The position numbers and the translations under genes were made by a program. From NCBI RefSeq assembly GCF_006345805.1, contig NW_021832232.1:186001-250000 (forward strand): 64,000 nt of DNA. The letters are read 5' to 3'. Source of the stretch: Octopus sinensis. Lineage: Eukaryota. The notes beneath the pieces are model-generated. The model did no database searches. It was not told the DNA's origin and saw only the letters and a list, made by a program, of their open reading frames with translations. Positions 50,953 to 64,000 of this stretch are shown in pieces; within the stretch, counting starts at the first letter, position 1; each line of letters begins with the position of its first letter.

Positions 50953-51660
50953 TCAAGTGATAACTATTCCGTGAAAAACTGTCTTTGAAACACGGGAATC
51001 AACAATCGTTGGCCACACGAAATAATCAATTCTATCTCGAGTGGGATCAGCTGTGGAATGACGAACATGGCGCATTGCACAAAACTCTTGATCAGAATAT
51101 TTATAAGCAAAAAAACGGTGGCACACCTTTAATCTCCAACTGAATCTAAGGCACCTCCTGATGAATTCCCTCAACTGCAAACAGTCTCCGACTTGCTTAA
51201 AATCCACCAAACTAATCAACAGTTTGTCAGCTACAGCCTTTTCGAGTTTTTCCAAATTAAAAACTTTGGAGGTATCAGTTAGAAAGGACGTGATATGTTG
51301 CTGTAAGGACTGGATCTCCTTATTTTCTTCGATTTGCCAGTTAGTAGAAACTGGTAGATACAACAGCTGTTCTAAACTTGTCATGATCCCTTCGAGGTGT
51401 TGAACAGTCAATTTATGAGACAGAAGTAAGATCGTGATCATTATTTTGTCCTGGAGTGCAATTTGACCATCCAGTGCGGGCATTTTTCTCAGTCCATCCA
51501 TCACTGTTGCACGTGAAAAATTATACAAATCACGATATTCGTCCACGACAGTAAAACAAGATCGAGAATTCATTTGCATTGATGTTTTTCTTTGATAAAT
51601 ATCCTGAGGTTGTTTCCTGTACGACTCATCCATACAACTTATTTTTCTGATGCTTCCCAT
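50953..51660 (-). CDS. MIEAP (SPATA18-like) C-terminal domain protein, single ORF
   Basis: VVDEYRDLY..R..MDGL, KIMITILLLS, LREFIRRCLRFSW, HVRHSTADP..IDYFVWPTI..VFHGIVIT, matching the MIEAP domain pattern ending in VxT. Confidence 0.72.
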   Translation of the reverse strand: MGSIRKISCMDESYRKQPQDIYQRKTSMQMNSRSCFTVVDEYRDLYNFSRATVMDGLRKMPALDGQIALQDKIMITILLLSHKLTVQHLEGIMTSLEQLLYLPVSTNWQIEENKEIQSLQQHITSFLTDTSKVFNLEKLEKAVADKLLISLVDFKQVGDCLQLREFIRRCLRFSWRLKVCHRFFAYKYSDQEFCAMRHVRHSTADPTRDRIDYFVWPTIVDSRVSKTVFHGIVIT

Positions 51661-53287
51661 TCCAAAACAGCAAGCAAACGTAGAATGTAAAGCCGTTACG
51701 TCTACGAGTTTATATATTATCGAATTTCACAATAATTGTTCGTATTTTACGAACAACTAACAACTTAAAATGCATTTTTTGCACATTTTAACTAATTTGT
51801 GGTTAGTCTTTTATGTGGAGTGATATAAAATGGACAGCATTCTCTCTAGAAAAGACTAAACAGACCCTTTTTGTTCATAATGTGATTTATTTGAATTAAT
51901 GTTGATCAATACATCGATTCCCATTGTCTGAGTTGCTTCGTTGTCAGCATATGGATTTGAATAATCATCAATATTTGAAATTTTTTTGAAATTATTCCAA
52001 TACAAATAAGCAGTATTTTCATAATCATCTAAATACATATCTTCATTTATACATTTTTTTACTTTGAAAGCGTTCAGTATTAAGGTCTTTGATCATGAGA
52101 TTTATTTGTAGCAGAAAACCTAAATGTATAAATTTCTAGTAAAACTCAAATGTTATTTATTTTAGATATCAGCTGAAAAATCAAAAAACCATTATTTAAA
52201 GATAATAATATTTTAATTCTCCGATTTCAACATCACCTATTCGAAACTGTATTCCTTGTCCCGATATTGCTTACTGTAAGACGAAAATGTGAATATAGAA
52301 ATCTCAATTGGTGGCTTTGGAACGGAAATAAAAATCGTGTGTGGGTCATTTGATAAATGTGGGGAAATTCTTAACAGCGATTAGAGATAACAATGTGATG
52401 CATTCACTTGCATCTCTGTAGGAAGTATGGAAACAGCAAAGTAAAAAATTCAAGGATACTTAGTTAAGTCAATTATATCTACACAAAATGTTCGAATACG
52501 CGTCGATTCTCAAATAATTACAGAAAAAAGTAACAAACCTGATATTTTTTGCGTATGAATTCAAAGTAAAAGATGAATCTTAAGCAAATAAAATGTTAAT
52601 TAATTAGTTTTAAATTAACTTCCATAAATCAGTTAAAAATAAAAAGAACCTATTCACACCTTTATCTTCGTTTTTTCATACTTATTGCAAAGGGGGATCT
52701 CATCAACTTGTTATGCCTCCATGTATAATCATGGCAAAGCGTACTTTCTTACTTTGTGCCAAACTAGTTAAAAGTCATCACTTTGCTTTTACAGTGATTA
52801 TGCTGTTTCTGTTGACTATTAAAAAGGTTTCTATTCTTCAAATATTATAATAATCCGTTTGATCGGGGAGATTTATTCTCATATTTCAGCCACGTTGATG
52901 ACGATGAGTCAATATGTAGATTGTCCAGTCTGCTAAAGAGAGTTTTGTGTAGGACTTTTAAGATGATCTTATTAATTAGGGAGTTCCTTTAAAAAACTTA
53001 GTTCACGTCCGTATATTCGCGGGACAGGTATAATCTCTCCTTACTGCTAGCCAACATGTGGTTCTCTCTTAGTAGTCTTCGGAGAATAAAGTTCATTTCA
53101 TTGTACTCACTCTGCTCAAAAAGATGTCATTATATTATTAAATATTTATGTAAAATCAATATAAAATAAGAAGAATTGTTTTGAAAACCACGAATTATGT
53201 AAAATTCTGAATCATTTAAAGCACTTATCATTAACATATTCCAAAATTATAATTAATAGTTATTCCGTTTTCGTTATTTGTAGTGTT

Positions 53288-53560
53288 TTATTCCATCAAC
53301 CTTATCCTCTTAGGGCCCACGTTCAGTGCACGGATGGGCAAATTTATGTCAACGCGCAGTCTAGATTCAGGGGCTACCTCTTCAACAGGCATCGATAACC
53401 CGTGCCTTGTCTCGGCTTGCATGCTTTCTAAGGTCTTCCGCAACACCAGTGTCTGGATGTATGTGCCAAGCACCGCCAGATGGTTTTTGAAGTATTTTGA
53501 CACTATTCCTTCCCAGGTCATGACGACAGGGACGACCTTTACGTTCGCCCGGGATTAACA
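53288..53560 (-). mobile_element. Non-LTR (R2/NeSL-like) retroelement 3' end fragment
   Basis: VKVVPVVMTWEGIVSKY..YIQTLVLRKTLES, a recognisable REL-element C-terminal motif. Confidence 0.6.
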
Positions 53561-54809
53561 TATTAAATAATCTAAATACATGAACAATAAAAAAACAAGT
53601 TCAAACAAAAAATATTGAAGTATGCTTAAAAATTAGCGAAAAGAATTTGTCTCCGTTATATATTCTAATTATAGGGACAATATCATTAATTCACCGAATG
53701 ATTAAATTAAAGAACATTTATTGAAAAAACTCAAATAATCTAAAATTATAACATAATTTATCAGATGGCTGTACCAGAGATTATCGTTAGCAATCTTGTG
53801 AGATAACTCGCTTGCTATCCGCGGTGCGGCTACTGGCGAATCCTGATTTTCAAATTATCAGTTACGATTAAAACATTGATTTGAATTAAGAATGAAAAAA
53901 ATTGTAAATGTTGAAGCATCTATCCAAAACAAGTCTTTGTGTAATTTTTAAGTCTATTTTATAAAACATCTTATCCGAAGTATAATTGATTTCTTAATGA
54001 AGATAAAAAGGTGAAATTTGTTAAAATAGGAAAAAAAAGTTCAAGAAACGCGAAGGCTTATTTTCTGATAAGGTGCGATATTAGAGTCGTCTTTATATAT
54101 TTCCTATTTATTTGTGGTGTAATTTCTATAAATCCGTTTAATCTTGAATACATGAAACAATGAAATTTAATTAATAAATGAAATGATAATCGCTTTCAAT
54201 GAAAGAGTCTGAGTAAATACTTTGTAAACATTCTTCGTGGAAAGTTTCATTTGTCTAGGCAATTAATCACTTGATATTGTTGCTTAAAATTAGATCCATT
54301 AAAATTAATATAATAAAGAAATACTTCAAAAGACAATTATTGTTATATAAATGGGATTTAGTCATTCTACTAGTAATTAAGAAACAAATCCACTCGAACA
54401 GTCGTGAAACGAGCTGGTTTTTTAGCGGATATCGTTTGCGATATTACGTGGAAATTGCCTGTCCATTCGCTCGACGACTCATCTGATTTAGTTAACTTTA
54501 CTTTGTAGAAATTAACAATTATTATCCAAAAAAAACAATGATCGCAATTGATTCTTTTTCATATTATAAATAAGTCGATTGAGAAGCAATTTCAGCCACA
54601 AAATTTTAAAGAACCAAAAATGACCAATTTATGCGAGTCGAGTGTAATAATACAAGTTCGGCAAAGGGAATAAAATATTTTAGTCGTTGTTTTTAACATA
54701 AAAATTGAATAATTTTGTTAACGTAATAGCCAAATAGAATTAAGGTGTTAACTGGCGTAAACCCATTAGGATTAACTTGATATATATTCTGAAAAATATC
54801 TGATTTCAA

Positions 54810-55842
54810 ATGCACAAAACCTGTAAATCCATGTCAATCATAAACATTCATCTTTTTGCGGTTACACCAAATAAATTAATGTTTAGATTTTATTCCTTAT
54901 GTCTGGATACATGGTTTGGATTATATATTCTAAAAAAATGGGTCCATTATACTTGTTCGAAAATTATATTTTTTTCTTTGGAGGAATGATGCTGTTTATT
55001 TTGTGTGTCACTATTTTTGGAATATCTAGTGGAATCTTATTCATTTTGAAAAACAGGAAAGTATACAAAAAATTAGTAATACATTTATAATATTTTAAAG
55101 TTTTACTTTTCCATGCTTACCATAATGAACTGTATTGCTGGAATGACTCTGGGATATTTTACGCTTAAAGAAATGGTAAGCATAGAGATTTGACATTCAT
55201 TATAGATACTTTGGTTTATTGATTATAAATTTACAACAGCAGTAAATAATTATACTAATAACTCATACGGAGTCGATTATTGGCAGAAAACTCTTTCATG
55301 TTGTGGGGCCAATTCAAGTCATGACTACAAAATTGCACAAATTCCTTTCTCTTGTAATACATCATCAGAAATATTCTCATCAGTTAGTTTAAAATTATAA
55401 TTATTCCTAAGGGGTGTGTTGATAAATTCGCGAGACTGGCTAATGGAGCTGATATCTATATCCTAATCGGGAGTAACATATCTCTCGCCAGTTTTGTAAT
55501 CTCATTTGATTATTAAAGTTCATCGGATTACTATATGTTGTAAAAGAAAAAATTGGTCAAGCACCTAAGAATTATCGAAAATCAATAATATATGTCGAGG
55601 ACAATGCGAATCCAGACTCGTTAATTAACTTTTTAAAAATATTTAGACCTTCACAACCTTCCAAAGGCATGTTCCTCAAATCAGCTCTTTTTGATACTAA
55701 GGTTTCTGACGTATTGCCAGATTGCCAAACATTGTATGACGATCCTATTAGAAAGGAGACTTTAAAAAGCTATTCATCTGGATATACTGAGGCCGAGCTA
55801 TATGTGTTCCATAAAAATCCTCCAAATTATTCTCGAAAATAA
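54810..55842 (+). CDS. Tetraspanin with long C-terminal tail
   Basis: Manual splicing through five introns (e.g. 54861-54886) gives four TM segments and an EC2 loop DYWQKTLSCCG..IPFSC..GCVDKF (CCG, PxSC, GC). Confidence 0.85.
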
Positions 55843-56694
55843 ATAGGAAACATTCCTCCTAATCACTAACATATCTTTGGGATAATTTTGAAACTTTATA
55901 GGTTTACCTGTTCTTAAAAATTCCATATTTAAGTTTAAATAACCTATTTTTGAATTTTTCTAAACAAATTATTAATTAGGCAAACGACAATTCAGAATTA
56001 TTGTATCTTGTCTATTCATACTACTTATCTACTCTTGTAAGCTGATAAAATGTGTTCAGGGGTTAAATGTACAGATCCCACAGGACAGTTTTTATGTTAG
56101 AATGAATAGTGAATAGATTCCAAAAGTTCGAGAGTAAAATGGAATTTTTTAAAACAAAATATTTTTCTTTTTTAAAATTTATTTTTGCAGAATAACCATT
56201 TCTTTTATAAAATTTAGTGCAATAAAAGCAATAAAAGTCGTGAAAAAAAGAATTTGCTAATTCTTTCCGAGCATCACATCAGATTCATATTACGTCTCTT
56301 TTTTCTTTATGAACATCATTAAAAGTCATTGAGGCTCTTTTATTCAATCTTTTTCTTGCCAGGTCACCCTCTCTTGTCTTTTTTTGAGATACTAATATTT
56401 TTTTTAATTTAATATAACTCCTTCTGTGTTAAATCGTTATCTCGGCTCAAATTTTAACAATTTTTGCTTTTATGGCATTATTGTTTTGTGGAGCCGGTCC
56501 TCTTTTGCAAAATAAAATTTTCAAAACAACGATTTTATTCTGTTTCAATATATTTAATTATTCCATAAACACGAGACATTTGCTGTTTAATTATCGGACA
56601 AGGTTTTTTTACTGCTCAAAGTATTTTTATTTTAGTAAAAAATTTTCTTATTTTTTAATAGTTTCGATTTAAATTTTTAGTCACATCTAAAGTA

Positions 56695-58016
56695 CAGTAA
56701 AACCTCTGGTGCTCTCGCCATTTCGGGACCAAAGAAAAAATGGCGAGCAATAAAATTTGGCAAGCATTGAAATAATCAATAAATTTTTTGACTTTGAAAT
56801 TTTGAAAACATCTCGGTTTTCGATACTTTCCGATCATAAGTGAGCCTTCCAAGTCATATTTGAGTAAAGAACCAAAGAGAATCGAAAGAAATTAAAAGGA
56901 AAAAATTAACTAAAAATCTTTAATAGTTTTTTAATTCAGCCATATTTCTAATACGGTGTCGTTAGTTTCAACGAATTTATATCAAAAAGAAAATTTTGAT
57001 AAAAGAAATGACTTTATTCTTTTCAACATTTTCAAAGCCTCTCTAAATTCACATGAGATTCGTCATTATGATATCTTCATCGTCATATTTTTGTGGGAAA
57101 GAATCTCCAGCAATATTAAGGTAATCTTCAATTTCTATATTTTCGTAAATTCATGATTAATAAAATCATATTTATCCACCGGGTCCATATTTTCAAGATA
57201 TTTACCATTTGATCATAATTATCAATTTCAAACAGTTTGTCTTTCGAGTTGATTTTCACATTCGATCCATTTTGAATGTCCGAAACATTTGTAATGTTTG
57301 TCGTTACTTTTTTCCAGGCAAAATATGTAAAAAGAAGACCGTCTTTTAAGGTTATTTTTTATGAGCTTCTAGTGGATTTTCTCCATTTTCGATTTTTTCT
57401 AACATAAACTCAAATTTAGTTTATTAAAATGTCCTTTGAAGGATCTAATGATTCCCTGATCCATTGGTTGTAGAATTGTTGAGTCTCGAAGGTAGGTAAC
57501 GACTCTAAATCAGCGTAAAGTTTATGGGATGGGCATCGATCCACAACTAAAGAATTTTTTCGTTTTTTTAAATTCCTATCCCATGTTAAAAGCCATTCTT
57601 TAAAACTTTTAAAGCAGCCAGGTTCTGGAACTTTCCAATCATAATTGGAATTTTTTTTGTCTGTCCCAGTCTATTTGAGCATAGTAACAAAGAAAATCTA
57701 AAAATAAATAAAAATTAAACCGTCTTTAAGGATTTTATGTCCATATCGAACCTTCTGACAACACTTTTTGAAGGGATAGATTTGTAAAAAATCCCAGTTT
57801 CATCAGCGTTTAAATGTTTTCAGCATTATATGTTGAATCTTTGCAGAGATCAGAAGTAAATGCATCAATTTCTTGTTTCTGATCACTTTTATATAAAAAA
57901 TAGTTTAACCAAAAAAATATTTTTAAAAATTAATGGCGAGAAAATAAAATTTTCAAAATTTACTAGAAATTTATAATTTTTTTTGAAAATATTGGCGAGC
58001 CCCAGAGGTTTTACTG
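56695..58016 (-). mobile_element. pogo/Tigger-like DNA transposon, decayed
   Basis: TIRs CAGTAAAACCTCTGG..CTCGCCA with TA on both flanks. Internal DDE_1 pieces: NADETG-like, IPIMIGKFQNP, QPMDQGIIRSFKGHF, MIGKYRKPRCF. Confidence 0.85.
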
Positions 58017-58249
58017 TATGAGTAATTTTTCTAATTAAATAAAAAATAAGTGGTTATATTGGAAAAAAACCTTACAATGAAACATATTTAAAATATTATA
58101 TATTACTCCTGAACATTTCCTCACGACAACTGTCCATTTAACCCCTGAACACATGTATACTACCCTACCTTAAATGGGCTCACAGATTACACAGAAATAT
58201 AAACTTTAAGTCGAAAAATTAAGCTCAATGGAGCAACGTAACAAATATG

Positions 58250-61200
58250 TCATTTATTTGTCTTCGATGCAGTTTCTCTATCTACATAAAGCTTGACCAA
58301 TTTCTTCTGCAGATGATTTAAAGGGAAATCTTCATAAATTTTACTGCCAATCACACTGAACATATTGACCAAACAATATACAGTCGTCATCCTCATCATA
58401 CTCTGCTCGTGTGAAAAAGTCTACAAATCTACTGAACAAACTCACTTGAGTCAGATTATCGACAAATGACGGCATTGAGTTGTACAATATGTCCACACTG
58501 CATTCTCTTACAAGCTATTAGTAATACAACAACAAACAGACAACCAAAGACAAGAACTTTAACGCCGAATAACAGAGAGGGTATGGACTGGTCTTTATCA
58601 TATCAAAGAAAAATTCCAACAACACTAATTTCGGACCATCCTTCACGATTTTCGCAATGCAAGGACATTTTGGCATTGTCTTAAATTATACATATTATAA
58701 TACTTTTGTCCGATTTTCAGGGGAATAGTAGCGAATGAGCACACCAACCACGTTCAACAAAATAACATCTTCAAAAAAACAAAAAAAGTTGTCCATAAAG
58801 TATAAAAGGGTGTCCAAAGCCGTGGAATTTAACAATTCCTTTAATTATAACCAAGTAAATTTAACCTCGTAGGTATCAGATAAAATTTTCAACAAAACAA
58901 ACAAAATCGAGTCAAAGTCAGACGACCTGATCTCCGAAACGTGATATTCCTTAATAGCCTTCAACAGACGCACAAGCTGAGGACCGGCTGGACAATCTTC
59001 AATTTCATGCACCAAATCTCTAATACTCCCAACTAAATATCGATATTTAACAGTTAAACACAACCTTCGTGAATCATGTTCGTACTACCGTTACCACTTC
59101 GACTGAAAGCTGAAAAATTATCACTACCTATGAGAAAATTCAATAATATCATTCACATCCGTGTTGACCTCAATGATCGGAATTGATGCGGCACTAAAAG
59201 CAACATTGACAATTTTCTAAACACATGTTAATAAACTAGACAAACCAAATTGTCCGATGACATAGTTTCTACCAATTCGACAAACTCCTTTCTAAACTTG
59301 GAATATAATTCAGTTATTAGAGTGAATCCCGACTCCCTGACTTTCATCGAAGAGGAGGACGACACATTCTCGAAAACCGCATCCAGAATAGCGACAAACT
59401 GACTATTTTTCAGAAGCAGACTATCATAGTCGAATTCCAAAAGGACAGGCAGATAGTCAATGATGGGCAACAGAATCTCGAATTATAACAAGCTAAAATA
59501 CAAGAGTGGAGTTCATTAAAAAACGATCCTGCATCAGTTGGTACACAGCTGTAATAAGATTTGAAATTGGAAATATTTTTCTAATTTTTAGTCATACAAC
59601 GACTACAGTGTCAAGTCAATGAGAGATTTCACATTCTTTTGAACAGAAGACAATAATTTGGATCCTGATTTTAAAAAAAGCTGTTGGAGCAGTCCTGGTG
59701 CCAGTGTCGGGTCCAACCTATCCTTGAAAGTAGTCATTATTTGTCGACATGAGGTTAGGCATACGGAAATGTTCTGACATATATAACGACTTATCACCAT
59801 TTCCGGATCCTGAATCATTTTGATGGCCTGCTTCATCATCAATTCAAGTTGAACATCCCTAAAAATGAATTTAAATAAGCTATTACGTAATATCGACTTC
59901 ATTTTCAATTGCTTTTTCCAGAAGCGAGAGCCCGGTTCGACGGTCAGTGGAATTCTTGCTCATAATAAGGGAAATAATATGACTTATATCCTTTATATAC
60001 ACATAAACAGGCATCACCACGTTTATGCAGCTATTAGACCCTCCACCATCATATGATGAATCAATGTTCTCTTTCAAACTCTAAGATAAAAACCAGTCAA
60101 TAAACTCGATCAAATCTGAAAGCCCTGGTCCTCGATGTACTCCTCCTTCCTAAAACGGTCGATTAATACAAATAACAGACTTTCGGACATTGGAGTCTTT
60201 AAAAAGTCGTTGGAAATTAATGAAATGTCGGAAATACTCGACGCACGACTGGCAGCCTTCTTTTGAGAGCCAATCGATCTTCCAAGAATTTGACTCTTCA
60301 ATCCAACACGTGGAATGCGTCTGTCCACGCTTATGGAACGATTGAAGTCAGTTGTTCCCCCCACAACTTGTTCCAATAGTTTTTCCCGATCTACTTCAAC
60401 TGGAAATGATGTGAAATTCTCAAAATCAGCTTTCAATGCCTTTTGTTTGCTGAAATCGAGTTTTGAATAAATAAACGACGCCTTTGCTGGGAAATACGCA
60501 GAGAAAACCCAAAAAGTACTAAAAATCGAATTTGCTTAGCAAACTTTCTACTAAATGTCCTCGACAAACTGTCGGAGTCTGCTATTCCCTTCTCGATGGA
60601 TGTTTGTAATATAATCACGTTTTTTTCGAGTAACTGACTCGGCCATGTCTTCATAATATTGCAAATAAATTCATAGGAATGCCTATAATAAGATTTCAGA
60701 AAAACTTTCGAATCAAAATAGATTTGTCGTCATGTGCACTAATAATACTCGGGATTATCCTCGAGGACTTGACATTCTATGAAATGACAGAAAATAAGTA
60801 TACATTGATTATATAACTCATACAGACTACACACGAAGTCATTACCACTTTGGCACTGTTCTGAATGTTGTGAAGAATGGTCGGGATTAGCATTTCTGCC
60901 ATGTTTACAAATTTATTCGTCAATTTGGTCGACAGAAAACTACAATTCTCAGTAAAGTAAATACGATATTGTGATTGCAGACTCCCTCACAACTTGTGAT
61001 CGCAAATCAGCCAGACCCGCCTTTAGTGATATTGCCCACGAACGGAATGAGGATGCCTCGAACAGAGAACTTGCTTCTTGGAAATGATTCTCCACCAAAT
61101 AACGAATTTGCTTGAGCTTTAATAATTTTAAAAATGCACGAACAGCGACAGTCCTGTCATTCCAGTCGCGATTGCTGTTTCCAATCAATACACGAATTTT

Positions 61201-62282
61201 ATTCAGTTTTTCAGCAAGATCTTTAGACCCGGAGAACTTTTCAATAAAAAACAAATAATTTAAACATTGAAAGACACTTGATCCTTGAATGCCTCAAAAA
61301 ACATTTCTTCAGTGACAACTCCGGCTATTAAAATTAAAATAAGTCCAAACCTTCTGTATTCTGAGGCTGTCGAGATTTGACTGGTATATTAACCTGTCGA
61401 ACACATTTCTGTACGTTTGATCTGACAGAACTAGACGGTTCTTTGGATTGTTCATTTCTGACTTTTGATTTATCAAAAAGTTTGTTCATTTGAGATATTC
61501 TGACACAATCAATCACAAATCGTACTTTTCAGAAGACAGACACGCCTGTTTGTTTATCAGACTACGAATTCGAGGACCGCCGAGCTCATAGCAGTTGATC
61601 AAAACCCCCTTGGCTTCTTCTTGTGTCTACAATTGTCGTTTCTCAACAAAATACATTGAGAGACGAATCAGAAAGCAAAGTACAAATAGATGGAATGCAC
61701 TTTGTGGTAAGATAGTCTTCAAATCCATATCTAATTATAAAATAAAAAAATAAACCTGGAAATTATTTCTTTAATGATGATTAAAGACTGATGCCGTATA
61801 CTCACAAGACGATGAGTAAGACCAACATCAAGCATGCCGACAACAAACTAATTTCACTTAACAAAAACCAATCGAATTATCGAATCAGCAGCTGTTACTA
61901 CCTTTTGGCCAGAAATGACTGACATTTTCAAAATGAGATCTCTTAAACTATTCTGAACACACGTTCTCTGATCGCCCAGTTTTTCGATAGCAATGGTTAC
62001 AACTGAACATACAAAAAGTAAATAAAAACCACTAAAGACGTATGGTTTAAAGTTGTTTTTCATTCTTTCTGAGAACAACATGAGAATTTCAATTCCTTTT
62101 AAAGCGATTTTGTAATTTCCAGACCGAAGCCACCCAATAACTCCGTCAATGAGCATTTTTAAGTTTTCACATGAAAGTGAGCATGTCTCGTTGTTAAGGT
62201 GATTTACAAGTCTGGTGCCGACAGCCACACGTGCGTTGATATCAGTGGAACAGACATCCGAGAGGAAGACATCAAGCGACAT
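58250..62282 (-). CDS. CLASP: CLIP-associating protein (CLASP/Orbit), many exons
   Basis: TOG1 N-terminus (RVAVGTRLV..LIDGVIGWLRSGNYKIALKG..EKLGD), TOG2 (DWNDR..LADLRSQVVRESAIT..SDSLSRTFSR) and C-terminal LQKKLVKLYVDR. Confidence 0.9.
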
Positions 62283-63176
62283 GGTAAACCTTAAAAATAG
62301 AATGTGTGATTGTATTTATATGACAATAAACATCACAAACCGACAAGGATAAAAAACAATATTTTATTGAAATATTATTTACATTATTGTTAAATCTATT
62401 TAATATATAATAAGTAATTAAGGAGTAAAATAATTTAATTAGAAGACAACAAACCAATATGATAATAAACCGACTAATAAACTATTTCTTCATATTAATA
62501 ATTTGAATAAATTTAATATAATTTTTATTTATAAAAGAATGTAATCATTTCATCCGAAACCACAAAAAATATACAAAACAAGTTACATAGATCGGCAAAA
62601 AAGAGCATAAAATATACAATATTTAAAGCCAAGTTTATTAGTAGCCCTATATCCACAATTTTCTCTGATTACCCAAAAACAATGCAAAATGCAAACTTCC
62701 ACGATGAAAAGGATCATTTTGGACGCATTTGCCCTACAAGTCTGAGATCACTTATTTAATTGTCCTTCTTGTTCTTTCTATTATATGATTAGTATGTTTA
62801 GTTTGTGTTATTTGAATAACCGTAATATAATCAAGTAAACTTAATCTTTTTGTTTTCAATAATATACTTACTTCATATACTTCACAGTATGTATAAACAT
62901 ATTGCAGTCACAGTTTAAAAACGTAATTCGGATTATTAAGTAGATTCCATAAAATAGATTTAAAATCACTAGTAAGAACCAAACAATCTTCAATGCCGAT
63001 TTCTCCCCCCGACTCAAGAAATTGAAGAAATTTTGTGGTCCACGAAAAACAAACTTTGAGTTAACAAGAAAACATTAAAGAATGACATCACAACCTAATT
63101 TTTATTCACACTCAGTATGAATAACTACCAATAAACTATTCTTGCACAAACTAAGAAATTGTTAACTAAATTATAT

Positions 63177-64000
63177 TCAATCAAAAGGCCTCCAGTCCAA
63201 TTTATCGCGATGTTCAACAAAGTGATAACATTCAAGTTTGTCACCAACTTGGAAATTAAAATCCCCCGCCACCCTCAGACCGCACTCATCTCCCCTTTCA
63301 ACAACACTCACGTCGACTCTTTGCTTTTTCAACGACGAGAACTCGCCGTCATGAACAACTGATCTTTTTCCAGATTCTCCTTCTCTCCAAACTCTCAATT
63401 TTGACTTACGTTCCAAAACTCCGTTGGAAACACGACATCCAGCAATTGGCACTCTTTTCCCCCCAATTCCATACATAAAAACTTGAATTACAACAGCCTC
63501 GCCTGTTTTTTATATATAAATGTAAACCTAAAGTCGTTGCCACCTGTTTTGGAGGCAGACTGTCCTCAATTTGTTTTACAAGTGAATCCACGAGATGATA
63601 AATCACGTGATGTTCTTCAATTGACACGTTCACATTTTCAAGATATCGCCGAGCAGAGGGCTCGACAAGAGAATTGAATACAAAAATACTTCCTGGAAAC
63701 TTGGTTTGATAAAAACCTTTAAAAAATTCGCAGGTTTCAACATCTCGGACAGTTAAACTGCCGACTTGACAACTAATCACTTTCAACTCACATTTCTCGC
63801 TTTTATAACTCGACAAAATTTTTTCGACTGCTTCACAAGACCCCATCGTATCACCTTATGCACAATTTTAACAAATAATTCAACAAACATCGAATCAAAG
63901 CACAGAACTGTGTTTCTGAAGATTGTCCTTCTTTCATAGTTTTTTCAGGTTTTTGAACTTTTCTGGAAGACTGAAAATTCAGTGGAAAATATAAAACTTT
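63177..64000 (-). CDS. MTIF2: Mitochondrial translation initiation factor IF-2, 3' part (5' end beyond the window)
   Basis: GSCEAVEKIL, VGSLTVRDV, HHVIYHLVD, IAGCRVSNG, SLKKQRVDV..GDECGL..GDKLECY. Confidence 0.9.

Noticed and set aside
51856-52400. Possible small gene on the minus strand between MIEAP-like and tetraspanin
   Set aside because: I could not build a consistent exon chain or find a motif.

Overview
Eukaryotic (animal) nuclear DNA, not prokaryotic. About 24 protein-coding genes can be reconstructed by hand. Most are split by extremely short GT-AG introns (20-31 nt, mostly 23-29), which is why the ORF track is so fragmented. The mollusc-like myosin essential light chain together with the ultra-short introns points to a dicyemid (rhombozoan) mesozoan; this is my inference, not a database match. 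1.3-33.6 kb is gene-dense: TIMM50, HYLS1, Frizzled, an Ig-domain membrane protein, MRPL15, CEP164-like, ZDHHC17-like, CHTOP, SERCA, a CARD+TM protein, 6PGD, myosin ELC, FAM136A, a Mutator-derived Zn-finger gene, eIF1A, RMI1 and MRPL3. That block is interrupted by a triple-nested DNA transposon (Tc1 > IS630-like > Ginger). 33.6-47.4 kb is a gene desert of decayed LINE, hAT and LTR-like debris. 47.4-64 kb carries an intronless bacterial type-2 tyrosyl-tRNA synthetase with a mitochondrial-like presequence (best horizontal-transfer candidate), RPL12, MIEAP-like, a tetraspanin, a pogo element, CLASP and the 3' part of MTIF2. Main leads: the putative horizontally acquired TyrRS, non-canonical GG-AG and GC-AG micro-introns, stop-free 3n micro-introns, a membrane-anchored CARD protein, an ECHC variant of a DHHC enzyme and a possible Sm-site small RNA. 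Protein identities come from my recognition of motifs. Exon boundaries are manual and unverified by RNA data.
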